Part shown: positions 8,665 to 18,610 of the stretch, one piece after another | Numbering within the stretch: the first letter of the stretch is position 1 | Layout of the letters: the number at the start of each line of letters is the position of its first letter | Notes under the pieces: model-generated | The model's database searches: none | What the model was told of the DNA's origin: nothing | The model's input: only the letters and a program-made list of their open reading frames with translations | DNA from: a virus | Lineage: Duplodnaviria; Caudoviricetes | Length of the DNA: 57,890 bases | Reading direction: 5' to 3' (one strand) | IMG/VR virus record: IMGVR_UViG_3300020156_000032 | Location: 1 to 57,890 of that record | Made by a program: the position numbers and the translations under genes

Positions 8665-10349
8665 TGAAGACTCGCTCTCGTGCCCGTAAGAAACCTCTCT
8701 CAACTGAAGCCCAGCTTGAGATGCAGGCTGAAAAGCGTAGAGCTTTGAATGAGGTCTTACGCCTCCGTAACGAGGTTCGTAAGATCAAAGCTAAGTGGGA
8801 TGCTGCCCAGACAGTCACAGGAAATGAAAACCATTGGGCTCAGGCTGATAACCTTGATCCTCATGGTGCGGCCTCGCTGTCTGTTCGTCGTACCCTTCGC
8901 TCCCGTTCCCGCTATGAGATCATTGAGAACAATCCCTACCTCAAAGGGACCGTTCTCACCATAGCCAACGACTTTGTTGGTAAGGGAGGTCCTAGGCTCC
9001 AGGTCACTGATACTCGTCTATCTGCTATGCAGAAACGAGACATTGAGACCAAATGGACTACCTGGGCTCGACTCTGTATGCTTCGTCAGAAACTCTGGCG
9101 AATGCGACTAGCCAAGATCGTTGATGGTGAGTCTTTTCTTCGAGCGTACACTAATAAAAACCGGCGAAGGGAATACCCCATCACCCTGGACTTCCAAGTC
9201 CTTGAGTGTGACCGTATCTCCTCCACCGAAAGTCCTTCCCAGGATTCTCAATGGAATGAGATCGACGGTGTACGATTCGACAATTTTGAGAATCCTCTAT
9301 TCTACCATATCCTTGATTCACATCCATCGAGTGCTAACTGGTTACACTCTCGATTGGTTCCTTTCAAGGGTCAATGGTTGCCCGCCAAGTACGTTATCCA
9401 TTGGTATCGTCAAGACCGTGGTTGGCTCCGAGGAATCCCCGAAGCTGCTCCTTCTCTACCTCTATGTGCTTTACTCCGTCGCTATACCCTAGCGATTGTA
9501 CGTCATGCCGAGGTAGCCGCTGACCTCACAGCCCTCATTACCAGTGAGATGCCTCCTGGCACAACTGGTTGGACTGATGGCAACGGTAATATCATTCGTG
9601 ACAACCCATTCGATACCTTTCCGGTAGAGATGGGTATGATCATGAACCTTCCCTATGGGTATGATGTCAAACAACTCGAAGCTGTACCTCTGGGCGTACA
9701 GTACGATGAGTTCGTTGGCAGCATCCTCCGAGAAATCACTCGTCCTATCCTTACTCCCTTCCATATCGCTGCTGGTACTTCTAAAGACTCCAATATGGCG
9801 TCCGCAGTAGTCGACCAGCACATCTACAAGGGCGGTCAGGAGTTCGAGCGTTCCCACTGTGAAGAATCTGTAGTTGACCATATCCTTGACCTCTGGTGGT
9901 TCGAGGCCCTGCGTCAACCTGGCTACCTCTCCAGTAACCTCGGTCTACGAGATGCTCCACCAGAGCATGTCTGGCAATGGGACCGCGTTGGTCTGGACCA
10001 CACCGACCCATCTAAGGTCGCCCAGGCCATCCAAATCCTCCACGACAAACGACTCATCACAGATCGTGACTTCCAGGAGAAGTATATGAACCGTGACGTA
10101 GACGCTTGGCGTGAGGAGATCGAGGCTGATGATGAGTTCCGCAAGGGACTTGAAGATTCCGGTATGTCGGTTCAACCTAAGCAAGAGGAACGTCAGGCTA
10201 AGGAGGCAGAGAAACAACTCAAGGAAAAGAACAAGACCACCGAGCGTGTCTCTAAGGACCGTAATAAGACCGCCGAGAAGGTCAGTAAGAACCGAGCTAA
10301 GCAAAAGCCTGCTGCTAAGAAGCCAGTCAAGAAGGCTACTAAGAAGTAG
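8664..10349 (+). CDS. Portal protein, lambda gpB family
   Basis: LRSRSRYEIIENNPY, VDGESF, DGVRFD..P..YHI, RGIPEAAP; GGAGG SD supports ATG 8664; Lys-rich C-tail. Confidence 0.9.
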   Translation: MKTRSRARKKPLSTEAQLEMQAEKRRALNEVLRLRNEVRKIKAKWDAAQTVTGNENHWAQADNLDPHGAASLSVRRTLRSRSRYEIIENNPYLKGTVLTIANDFVGKGGPRLQVTDTRLSAMQKRDIETKWTTWARLCMLRQKLWRMRLAKIVDGESFLRAYTNKNRRREYPITLDFQVLECDRISSTESPSQDSQWNEIDGVRFDNFENPLFYHILDSHPSSANWLHSRLVPFKGQWLPAKYVIHWYRQDRGWLRGIPEAAPSLPLCALLRRYTLAIVRHAEVAADLTALITSEMPPGTTGWTDGNGNIIRDNPFDTFPVEMGMIMNLPYGYDVKQLEAVPLGVQYDEFVGSILREITRPILTPFHIAAGTSKDSNMASAVVDQHIYKGGQEFERSHCEESVVDHILDLWWFEALRQPGYLSSNLGLRDAPPEHVWQWDRVGLDHTDPSKVAQAIQILHDKRLITDRDFQEKYMNRDVDAWREEIEADDEFRKGLEDSGMSVQPKQEERQAKEAEKQLKEKNKTTERVSKDRNKTAEKVSKNRAKQKPAAKKPVKKATKK

Positions 10350-10469
10350 ACTTAGTTTGGCTACCTGTAGTTGTTGCGGTGACTTCCTACCTGATGGTAT
10401 GATGAAGTCATCCATCCATCGGAGAGTATTCCTTTCGCGGGACCTACTCTCCCCAAAGAAGGAGGGCCG

Positions 10470-12773
10470 ATGCCCAAGACCATTCGCAAGCTCCGAATAC
10501 GAGCAAGCAAGAGGTCAACAAAGCGAATCCCTTCGGAGATCAACTTCAAGGCTCAGATTAAGGCAGCCACCTCAGCAGAAGTGGCCAAAGGAGAACGTCT
10601 TGTTCTCATGGCAAACTCTGGTCGTCCTATGCGACTAGAAGGCTTCTTTGATGAAGTGGTGATTGACCTCAAGGGTGCCCGTTTCGACAAAGAAAAGACA
10701 CCCATCATTGCCGATCATGACGTAGCTCGTCGGGTTGGTCACACCACCGAACATATCATCCTCCAAGCAGGAGAGACTGGTACGATTGGTGGTAAGAAGG
10801 TCAAAGGTCCTCTAATCGCAGCCTCTGGAGTTCGATCCTCGAACATGGCTATCGCCAAGGGGATTGTTGAAGACCTCAACAACGGATTCCCATTCCAGGT
10901 ATCCGTAGGTGCAACTATTGTCAAAGGCTTCTTCGTAGAGGCTGGAGACACGGCAGAGGTCAATGGTAGGACCTATAAGGGTCCGTTGATCGTTGCCAGC
11001 AAGACAGTGATTCGTGAACTCACTGTTACCGTCCTGGGAGCAGACAGCAATACCTCTACGAAGATCGCTGCCTCCCGTAAACACCACAAGGAGAAGATCA
11101 TGGGATTCAGGGCATATTGCCGCTCCCAGGGTATCAATGACCCTTCGAAGCTCTCAGCCAAGCGGCTGGCTTCTCTGAAAGCTGCATGGAAGTCCCTCTC
11201 TTCCGAACCGAAGACTCGCACTGTGGTTAAAGACAAGCGAGTCAAGGCCAGCCGTAAGCAGGAACCGATTCGCAAGACGGTCAAGGCTTCTCGTACCCCG
11301 GACATTGATCCGGTGGCTGATACGAATCGTCGAAGTGCCCAGAACCTGCGTCGCCTTTCTCGCATCAATGAAATTGCTGCAAGCCTTCCTCAAGACCTCG
11401 TGGTCGTCGAGAAGAACGGTAAGAAGGAACGCAAACTCAAACTGGCCGACATCCAAGCTCGTGCCGTCAAGGAAAACTGGAGTGCGGACAAATTTGAACT
11501 CTTCTGCCGTCGGGCAGAATATTCAAACCCGCAGGAAGGTCCTGGCATCCACTCGAAGAACAGCAACCTAGAGTCGCAAGTTCTGGAGTGTGCCATCCTC
11601 AAGGCTGCTCAGACCATTCCGATGTCGGGCAAGAATGATCGCACCGGCAAGAAGTTCGGCATCGAAGAGATGTTCGACGAGAAGGTGTTGAACGCCTCGG
11701 ATGATCGCAAGTATCGCTCGATTGGTCATTCGATTGACGCAATCCTCGATGCTCAGATTCGTGCCGCTGGCTACACGCCCACCGTCCGTGAAGGCTCTGA
11801 ATTGATGGCCCAGGCTCACAAGGCTTGGTCAGTCATCAAAGCCTCTGGTATGTCCAACCTCAACATTCTCGAAATCTTCGAGAACGTGATGAACAAGGCC
11901 AGCTATGCAGGCTTTGTCCAATCGGAAGGGGTCTGGAATCAACTGTGCGGCCGTCGGCCTCTCAACGACTTCAAACCCCATTCCCTCTACCGCTTGGACC
12001 TCACTGGAGCGTACAAGAAGGTCGGACAAGATGGTGAATTGAAGCACGTTGGGATGGAAGATACGAAGTACACCATCCAAGCTGATACCTTCGGTGCCAT
12101 GATCGCGATTGATCGCAAGACGCAGATCAACGATGACATGGGGCTGGTGGTGGACAAAGCTCGGACCCTTGGTGTCCTGGGTGCCCAACGTATCGAAGAG
12201 TCTGTCTTCGTTCTGCTGCTCAGCAACCCTGGTTCGTTCTTCGCCTCTGGCAACGGTAATCTCGCCACTGGTGGTGGTTCGGCTCTCAGCCTGTCGTCTC
12301 TTGAGACGGCTCGGCTTGCCTTCCGCAATCAAGTGGTCAACGGTAAGCCGGTGAGTGTGACTCCATCTCTCTTGCTGGTTGGCACCCAGCTTGAGACTCT
12401 GGCGAACAACATCTTCACCCAAGACCGTCTGGCTGCGACTGGCGACACTGATGCTCGCGTGTTCACCAACAACGAGTTCCGTGGTCAGTACCGTCCGATT
12501 GTGAGCCCGTACCTCAACAACACCGCGATCACCGATCAAGATGGTAACGCCATCTCTGGTCAATCGGGGACTCAGTGGTACTTGTTCTGCCCGCCTGGGG
12601 CTGCTCAAGGTCCGGCTCTGGTCATCGGTTTTCTGAACGGTCGTGAGACTCCGTACTTCGATGAAGCCGAGTCTCAGTTCAACGTGCCCGGTGGTCTCCA
12701 GTTCCGTTCGTACATGGACTGGGGCGTTGCGATGCACGTCTATCAGATGGCGTACAAGTCGGCTGGTGCCTAA
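10470..12773 (+). CDS. Prohead protease-scaffold-major capsid protein fusion (Mu gpT-like capsid domain)
   Basis: Protease motifs PIIADHD, FQVSVGA, ELTVTVLGAD; capsid motifs NDFKP, GELKH, TFGAMIAIDRKTQINDD, GFLNGRETP; possible internal scaffold start ATG 11100 with AAGGAG SD. Confidence 0.88.
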   Translation: MPKTIRKLRIRASKRSTKRIPSEINFKAQIKAATSAEVAKGERLVLMANSGRPMRLEGFFDEVVIDLKGARFDKEKTPIIADHDVARRVGHTTEHIILQAGETGTIGGKKVKGPLIAASGVRSSNMAIAKGIVEDLNNGFPFQVSVGATIVKGFFVEAGDTAEVNGRTYKGPLIVASKTVIRELTVTVLGADSNTSTKIAASRKHHKEKIMGFRAYCRSQGINDPSKLSAKRLASLKAAWKSLSSEPKTRTVVKDKRVKASRKQEPIRKTVKASRTPDIDPVADTNRRSAQNLRRLSRINEIAASLPQDLVVVEKNGKKERKLKLADIQARAVKENWSADKFELFCRRAEYSNPQEGPGIHSKNSNLESQVLECAILKAAQTIPMSGKNDRTGKKFGIEEMFDEKVLNASDDRKYRSIGHSIDAILDAQIRAAGYTPTVREGSELMAQAHKAWSVIKASGMSNLNILEIFENVMNKASYAGFVQSEGVWNQLCGRRPLNDFKPHSLYRLDLTGAYKKVGQDGELKHVGMEDTKYTIQADTFGAMIAIDRKTQINDDMGLVVDKARTLGVLGAQRIEESVFVLLLSNPGSFFASGNGNLATGGGSALSLSSLETARLAFRNQVVNGKPVSVTPSLLLVGTQLETLANNIFTQDRLAATGDTDARVFTNNEFRGQYRPIVSPYLNNTAITDQDGNAISGQSGTQWYLFCPPGAAQGPALVIGFLNGRETPYFDEAESQFNVPGGLQFRSYMDWGVAMHVYQMAYKSAGA

Positions 12774-12797
12774 GCACCTCTGACAATCGCTAGTATC

Positions 12798-12830
12798 AAC
12801 AACCCTCTGCTAAACCCAGAGGGTTGTTTT
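12798..12830 (+). terminator. Intrinsic terminator after capsid gene
   Basis: AACAACCCTCTG/CAGAGGGTTGTT stem plus T run. Confidence 0.75.
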
Positions 12831-12858
12831 CTATCCCGCAATAAACTCCGAGGTTTTC

Positions 12859-13209
12859 ATGTCCTTGAAAGATTTAGCTGAAGGCGTGCGTGGGTCTCAG
12901 GGCACTATCACTCTGTCCCGTCGTGACGTCAAACGTCTCCAGCAGTATGTCGATAAGTCGAACGCCAGTGTCACAATCGACCGCATGTCCAACGGCGGGG
13001 CCATCATCAAGTGCCAGGACCTTTGCAACCTTGTCCTTGGTCCTGATGAGCCTGTTATCTCCCCCAAAGAAGAGGTCGACGTAGTCGAAACTCAGACCCT
13101 CACACCGTTCGATGGTGATGAAGATGACGAGGATGAGACGGACACCGATCTGGAAGGGGAGTCAGAAGTTGCTCCTCAGAAGAAGCGTCGTAAGAAAAAG
13201 CAATCGTAA
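12859..13209 (+). CDS. Hypothetical protein with acidic/basic tail
   Basis: GAGG SD; position after capsid gene. Confidence 0.65.
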   Translation: MSLKDLAEGVRGSQGTITLSRRDVKRLQQYVDKSNASVTIDRMSNGGAIIKCQDLCNLVLGPDEPVISPKEEVDVVETQTLTPFDGDEDDEDETDTDLEGESEVAPQKKRRKKKQS

Positions 13210-13283
13210 GGTCTAATACAGACCTGACGGTCAACATACTTCACGGTCCAGTTCGGACCTCAATTTGAAAGGCTTTTGCTCCT

Positions 13284-13931
13284 ATGGAAGCAATCTTTGT
13301 TCATGGCGACCCGCAAATCCGACTGGACTATACGCCGGATGGTGCGGACGTTGCCAATGGTGAGATCGTGAGCGTCGGTGGCATCGCTGGTGTCTGCACG
13401 ACTCCCGAAGGTATTGAAGATGGTGAGCTTGGTGCCGTTGCCACGATGGGCATCTGGAGCATCGAGAAAGATGGGACCTCTGGTCCTGTGTTCTCGGTTG
13501 GTGAACCCGTTGCTTGGGATGTGTCGGCGAATCTTGCCATCGAAGTTGGTAGCATGGCCGCTGGTGACTTCATCATCGGTACTTGCGTCCAAGCTGCTGG
13601 GACCAATGACGACCGTGTCATGGTTCTGCTCAATGTCCAACCGGCTGGTGGTGCTGGTGGAATGAAGCTCCGCTTCGGTCAACATACGACCGTTGCCGCG
13701 AGTGATACAGTGGTCACTGGTCTCAACACCGTGGTAGCCATTGTTGCTCAACTCAACGATGACCCGGTGGATGGTGCCATGCACGTGACTGCGAGTATCG
13801 GAGATCAAGCTGGAGCCCCTGCTGCTGGCTCGGTCCTGATCAACACTTGGAAATCTACGGACGGTGACGCCACATTGGTCGCGGCCACTACCTTCTCCAA
13901 GAAGGTCAACTGGATTGCCATCGGAACCTAG
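13284..13931 (+). CDS. Capsid decoration/cement protein (DUF2190-like) with extra C-terminal domain
   Basis: LDYTP.ADVANGEIV..G...GAVATMGIW...FSVGEPVAWD...IGTCVQAA...VLLN. Confidence 0.75.
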   Translation: MEAIFVHGDPQIRLDYTPDGADVANGEIVSVGGIAGVCTTPEGIEDGELGAVATMGIWSIEKDGTSGPVFSVGEPVAWDVSANLAIEVGSMAAGDFIIGTCVQAAGTNDDRVMVLLNVQPAGGAGGMKLRFGQHTTVAASDTVVTGLNTVVAIVAQLNDDPVDGAMHVTASIGDQAGAPAAGSVLINTWKSTDGDATLVAATTFSKKVNWIAIGT

Positions 13932-13953
13932 TTCGGTGGTGGTAGGTGTGCGG

Positions 13954-14041
13954 AAACGGAGGGAGGAGGGGCTAGGGTGTCAAACCTCCTCCCTAGTGGT
14001 CTAATCATGCGGGGACAAGATCAACTCTCCTCCCTCCGTTT
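13954..14041 (+). promoter_or_regulatory. GGA-rich two-state RNA structure between head and tail genes
   Basis: 15 bp stem 13954-13968/14027-14041; competing pairing of 13960-13969 with 13985-13994. Confidence 0.55.
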
Positions 14042-14049
14042 GGGTTTAT

Positions 14050-14424
14050 ATGACTTACGATTTTCAATCTCGGCTCCGTAAGGTAAGTGATCGTTTCAAG
14101 AACATCAACTATGAAGCGATCACTTACACTCGTGATGGAGAGTCAATCACCATTGCTAAGGCTTCTCCCATTCTCCATGAGGCTCCTCAGATCGTGGTTG
14201 GTGTTTCAGTCTCACGACTAGAAATCCAGGACTGGGCGATCGACTGTGAGGATATAGAGTTTGGTGATGGAGTCAACGAGCCCATGCCAAACGATATGAT
14301 CACCAGAGCTAATGGTGATCAATTCCGTCCTGTGGATATGGGACCGGGTAATCCTTCTTGGAGGTTCACCACCTCTGCTAGAGACCGAGTCCTACTCCAT
14401 ACTGTCAAGACTGGAGAGAGATAA
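14050..14424 (+). CDS. Head-tail joining protein (gpFII-like)
   Basis: ITYTRDG...DWAID...P.PNDMI...WRFT...LHT; size and position. Confidence 0.65.
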   Translation: MTYDFQSRLRKVSDRFKNINYEAITYTRDGESITIAKASPILHEAPQIVVGVSVSRLEIQDWAIDCEDIEFGDGVNEPMPNDMITRANGDQFRPVDMGPGNPSWRFTTSARDRVLLHTVKTGER

Positions 14425-14903
14425 TGAGTACGATGTCTGATCTTCGTGACGAGGTCTACACTCGTATTGCAGCCAAGAAGGTCTTGGAAGACTTCACATT
14501 CAACAATTTCACGGTAGTCAAGTCTCATCGTCCCTATGAACGTATCGAACTCTTACCCACTAACTATCCTGGTGGTAAGGTCTACGTCGTAGCGGGAACA
14601 CCTGGAGTCATCCAAGGTCGTTCTCGGTCTAACATAGCATTGGGTGAGTTAGCTGTGGTAGTGGGATTCCAGAAGGGTAATATCGACCTCGATGACTTGG
14701 CAGCTAATGACACACTCCTTGACTTTGTTGAGGAGTTAGCTGACATGTGCCGTCTTGAGGTCACACCAGCTGAATACTCCTTTCAACGATTAGAGTTTCT
14801 CCAGGACGATAATGGAGTCCCCTATGACTTCTTCGGAATGAGAGACGCTCACTTGTTTGAGTCATACTTTACTGCCTTCTACCTCAAGGTAGCCCAACCA
14901 TAA
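14424..14903 (+). CDS. Putative tail terminator/completion protein
   Basis: Position between head-tail joining and tail tube genes; size 159 aa. Confidence 0.5.
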   Translation: MSTMSDLRDEVYTRIAAKKVLEDFTFNNFTVVKSHRPYERIELLPTNYPGGKVYVVAGTPGVIQGRSRSNIALGELAVVVGFQKGNIDLDDLAANDTLLDFVEELADMCRLEVTPAEYSFQRLEFLQDDNGVPYDFFGMRDAHLFESYFTAFYLKVAQP

Positions 14904-14915
14904 GGAACTAAGTTC

Positions 14916-15377
14916 ATGGCTGCTAAGACCGGACATCAGATGAAGCTGTATCGGAACACTGGTTCCGTTGCTTCTCCAACTTGGACGCTCATCGACCAGA
15001 TCGGTGACGTCAATATCCCTGACTTCTCTCGTGCTGTGGCCGAGTTGAAACGTCGTGGGAATAACTACACCAAGAACCTCCCCGGTATCATCAACACCAT
15101 CGCCCTAGAGTTCCGACTCTTCCATGGCGTCGGTGCTACGATCTTTGAGGCTCTGCGTGACAACTTCCTGGCTGGTACTATCGAAGAGTTTGCCGTCCTT
15201 GATGGTCTGGTCGCCACTGTGGGTACGCAAGGTCTACGCTGCCCCTTTCTGATCGAAGCCTTTCCCTGGGACCAGAACCTCGATGAAGTCTCTGGTCACG
15301 ACCTGCGACTGGTCATCGGCTATATGGAATCAGCTGGTTCCGAAGTTGATCCTTCCTGGATGGAAGTCTCCGCCTAA
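14916..15377 (+). CDS. Major tail (tube) protein
   Basis: KLYRNTGSVASPTWTLI..IGDV...; size and position; AAGGA SD. Confidence 0.7.
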   Translation: MAAKTGHQMKLYRNTGSVASPTWTLIDQIGDVNIPDFSRAVAELKRRGNNYTKNLPGIINTIALEFRLFHGVGATIFEALRDNFLAGTIEEFAVLDGLVATVGTQGLRCPFLIEAFPWDQNLDEVSGHDLRLVIGYMESAGSEVDPSWMEVSA

Positions 15378-15480
15378 CCCTTCCTACCTCCCGACCTCTT
15401 CAGGTCAACCTAGCTCACCCTAGGGAATGTCGGGAGGTAGTTTTTCTTTCACCAATAAACTCCTAGTACAAGGACAGCCC

Positions 15481-15861
15481 ATGTCTACTGAAGTTGATGC
15501 CGTCAAGTCACGGCTTGCCAATCGAGGTGCCATCATCCCTGCTGCCACAGGACCTATGATGCGGACCCATCGCAATGCGATCTTCTCACTCACGGCTGGT
15601 GAGCTTCGCAAAATCTGCGAGGCCAACCCCAACCATCCTCTGTCAGCCGAGAAGATCAAATCAGTCGCTCGTTTCCAGGACAGCCAAGAGGTCCATTGCG
15701 ATTGTGTGGACATCGAAGCCATCGTCGATAATCGTGCCATCACGTTCTACGATACTCTCGAAGATGATCCACAGTCTCCCGGCACCAAGCAGAAGGTGAC
15801 TCGTAAGGTCCTAGGTGATAAGATCACCAAGGTCAAACCAGAAGTCACCCCCAAGCCCTGA
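15481..15861 (+). CDS. Hypothetical protein
   Basis: AAGGA SD supports ATG 15481 within track ORF 15427-15861. Confidence 0.6.
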   Translation: MSTEVDAVKSRLANRGAIIPAATGPMMRTHRNAIFSLTAGELRKICEANPNHPLSAEKIKSVARFQDSQEVHCDCVDIEAIVDNRAITFYDTLEDDPQSPGTKQKVTRKVLGDKITKVKPEVTPKP

Positions 15862-15959
15862 TCTTCCAGACCCATCCTAACGCCCTGGACCTTACCCCTC
15901 CCCGCATTCAATCTACCTTTGGATGCGGGGACTCATCTCCCCCAAAGAAGGAACCCCGC

Positions 15960-16757
15960 ATGAGTGTTCGACATCTAACTTACCTTTCCCCCATTGTCAG
16001 TGCATACATCCTAGTTGTACTGCTATGGGCTCCAGTCGAGGCTCAAGTCAAACCTGCACCCCTCCAGCACCATCATGTCAAAGCTGTCATCGATGGTCCT
16101 CAGAGTGCTGCTCCGGGTGACTTGGTAGTCTTGGACTCCAACGGTAGTAATGCAGTCAAAGCTCGGAAATGGTTGCTGACCAACAGTGACCGAACTTTCC
16201 TTCCAGTAGACAACAATACCAAAGTCGTCTTTGCTAGTGGGACTCCTGGTCAATACAACTTTGTGTTGGTGTGTGCTGGCCTCGATGAAGATGGTAAAGT
16301 AGACCTCGATGCTACTACTTTTAAGTTGACTATCGGTGGTCCTACTCCTCCACTACCTCCTGGTCCCAATCCCCCGACTCCAGAGCCTCCTATTCCTCCT
16401 ACCCCTCCGACTCCTATCCCTAGTGAAGGGTTCCGAGTCCTGGTAGTGTACGAGAAGGATGACCTGGACAATTACTCTAAGGGTCAACTGGAAGTCCTGC
16501 AATCTACCGCGGTCAGGTCCTACTTGATTCAAAAATGTATCAAAGGACCAGATGGTAAGACTCCTGAATACAGATTCTTTGACGACGACACTAATGTCGA
16601 GAATGAGTCAAAAATCTGGCAGGATGCTCTCAAACTGCCTCGAACCTCCCTACCCTGGGTGATTGTCACAAACGGTAAGGCAGGGGAATCTATCCCCATC
16701 CCTGCTGACACCGATCAAGACAAGTTCTTGGAGTTTCTTAAAAAGTATGGTGGCTGA
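15960..16757 (+). CDS. Exported/membrane-anchored protein: signal segment, Ig/PKD-like domain, Pro linker, thioredoxin-like C-domain
   Basis: Hydrophobic N-terminus ending VEA-Q; PTPPLPPGPNPPTPEPPIPPTPP linker; LPWVIV motif. Confidence 0.6.
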   Translation: MSVRHLTYLSPIVSAYILVVLLWAPVEAQVKPAPLQHHHVKAVIDGPQSAAPGDLVVLDSNGSNAVKARKWLLTNSDRTFLPVDNNTKVVFASGTPGQYNFVLVCAGLDEDGKVDLDATTFKLTIGGPTPPLPPGPNPPTPEPPIPPTPPTPIPSEGFRVLVVYEKDDLDNYSKGQLEVLQSTAVRSYLIQKCIKGPDGKTPEYRFFDDDTNVENESKIWQDALKLPRTSLPWVIVTNGKAGESIPIPADTDQDKFLEFLKKYGG

Positions 16758-16861
16758 CTTCAACTCACCTTCGATAGGTGAGACCCTACTAACCATCTAT
16801 GTTGGAGCCTATATCCTAGGCTCCGGTATCGACCCTTACCTCTGGTACTATGGAGCCCCGC

Positions 16862-17653
16862 ATGAGCTATTGCTCACCGCTTCGCAAGAACGAGATCATT
16901 GTTGACGAGAACTTCCGAATTGATCCTCTACTCGACAACACATTTGGTAGAGGTCTCTTTCTTCGTGACTACAGCGAATCACCGTTCGCTAGTGGTCCGA
17001 CCAAACCTTTCGACCTCCAGATCATTGATCCCTCGGAATGGAAGGATCGTATCCGCGAGAAAGACGAAAAGAAAACTCGCAACTCCGACCTTGCTGATCA
17101 GGTAGGTCTGAAGTGCAAGAACCAATCCAACACTAACTACTGTTGGATCAATGCCCCCGTCTACTGCTACGAGTCTGCTCGTGTGCAAGCTGGTCTCCCC
17201 TTGGTTTACTTCTCTCCAGCTTCTGTTGGAGGTCCGATCAAGAACTACCGCAACGTCGGTGGGTGGGGTTCGCAAGGTCTGGAGTACATGGTGGCTCATG
17301 GTGTGGTGCCGGAAAGTCTCTGGCCCGCTAATGCCATCAGTCGTCAATACTATGACGAAACCTTGGAGGTCCGAGCCAAACACAAGGTCAGCGAATTCTA
17401 TGACCTCGAACCTCGCAACTGGGAGCAGCTGATCACCTGCTTGCTCTTAAACATCCCTGTGGCCATTGGTCTCAACTGGTGGTCGCATGAAGTCACCGCA
17501 GTCGATGCTGTGCTGATGTCCAATGGTGACATCGGTGTCCGTATCCGCAACAGTTGGGGTATGGAGTGGGGTGATGATGGATATAGCGTCCTCGTCAAGT
17601 CCAAGGCCAATCCCGATGATGCTGTGGCTTGCCCTGTCGTGTTCGCCGCCTAG
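16862..17653 (+). CDS. Papain-like (C1A) cysteine peptidase
   Basis: NQSNTNYCW (oxyanion Q, catalytic C), WSHEV (H), IRNSWG..WGDDGY (N); GGAG SD before ATG 16862. Confidence 0.85.
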   Translation: MSYCSPLRKNEIIVDENFRIDPLLDNTFGRGLFLRDYSESPFASGPTKPFDLQIIDPSEWKDRIREKDEKKTRNSDLADQVGLKCKNQSNTNYCWINAPVYCYESARVQAGLPLVYFSPASVGGPIKNYRNVGGWGSQGLEYMVAHGVVPESLWPANAISRQYYDETLEVRAKHKVSEFYDLEPRNWEQLITCLLLNIPVAIGLNWWSHEVTAVDAVLMSNGDIGVRIRNSWGMEWGDDGYSVLVKSKANPDDAVACPVVFAA

Positions 17654-17713
17654 TCCTTAGTCCTACTTAACTCTGTTGTGGAGTTAGGAAACCTTTCTTG
17701 TGGAGTCCCTGCT

Positions 17714-17947
17714 ATGAACATCTTGGAACGATTCCGTCTGCAACGTGAAACCATCCGCGAATATCGGAGTCTCCGTGACAGCGGTAAGTCGCATGACGAA
17801 GCTGCTGATCTGATCATTCAGAATGCGAAGACTCGCTACCAACCCGTCGCGAGTTCGACTGGTGGTCAACCGCGAGCCATCGACATCGAGAAGTGGATGA
17901 AGATCATCGAAATGATCTTGGCCTTGCTGGCCATGTTCTCTAAGTAA
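17714..17947 (+). CDS. Small protein with C-terminal hydrophobic helix
   Basis: GGAG SD before ATG 17714; IIEMILALLAMF. Confidence 0.6.
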   Translation: MNILERFRLQRETIREYRSLRDSGKSHDEAADLIIQNAKTRYQPVASSTGGQPRAIDIEKWMKIIEMILALLAMFSK

Positions 17948-18035
17948 GCACCTTCGTGTGACCGAGCCCTCCCTCCGAGTGTCGGGGTGACGTGGGGAGG
18001 GAGGGCCGCACACATTTCCTATCGTACCCTATCTC

Positions 18036-18132
18036 AGATTAGTCCTAATAGACTGTACCTGGTTGGACGCGACCAGCTGATTCCTCAAGTCAAAATATCA
18101 TTTGACTGTCTACTAGGACTAATCTTTCTTTT
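18036..18132 (+). terminator. Three-way-junction RNA structure with U-tract (terminator-like or small ncRNA)
   Basis: 18036-18053/18108-18125 stem (one mismatch), inner hairpins 18059-18076 and 18088-18107, then TTCTTTT. Confidence 0.55.
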
Positions 18133-18147
18133 ACCTGTGAGGTCAAC

Positions 18148-18585
18148 ATGTTCCGACTATGTCTTGTGCTGTGCCTATTATTGCTAACTGTGTTCGCTCT
18201 GCTCCCTGACCTGACCGCCGGTGAATGGGTCTTAACCCGAGCTACTTGCGATTGTTCAGACTGCAAATGTCCTGACTGCTCTTGCGGCATCGGCTGGGTA
18301 CTCACACCGCAGATCGAAGGAGCCATCTCTGCTCCAGCTGAACCTGATTACCTACCGAATGACCGTGACAACCTGGAGACGATTGCTAAGTCCAAGGATT
18401 GCCCTGACTGTGCTCAACAAGCACGCAGTAAGATCAAACGTCTGTTCGGTCCTGTGACTCAAGCGGCACCTGTCTACTCCGCCGAGGTTGCATCTCCCCC
18501 AAAGAATCGCGTAGTGCGACGATTCGGACAATGGGTCAAGACTCGACGACAAGGTCGTCGGTGTAACGGACCCAACTGTCAGTAA
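18148..18585 (+). CDS. Exported Cys-rich small protein
   Basis: Signal-like N-terminus; CDCSDCKCPDCSCG, DCPDC, CNGPNC; GAGG SD. Confidence 0.65.
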   Translation: MFRLCLVLCLLLLTVFALLPDLTAGEWVLTRATCDCSDCKCPDCSCGIGWVLTPQIEGAISAPAEPDYLPNDRDNLETIAKSKDCPDCAQQARSKIKRLFGPVTQAAPVYSAEVASPPKNRVVRRFGQWVKTRRQGRRCNGPNCQ

Positions 18586-18610
18586 TCAATCACAACTGAT
18601 TAGAATCTTG

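Noticed and set aside
11829-12737. 302 aa antisense ORF in the capsid gene, and similar long shadow ORFs
   Set aside because: Opposite a clearly identified gene; explained by codon bias; no motifs or SD.
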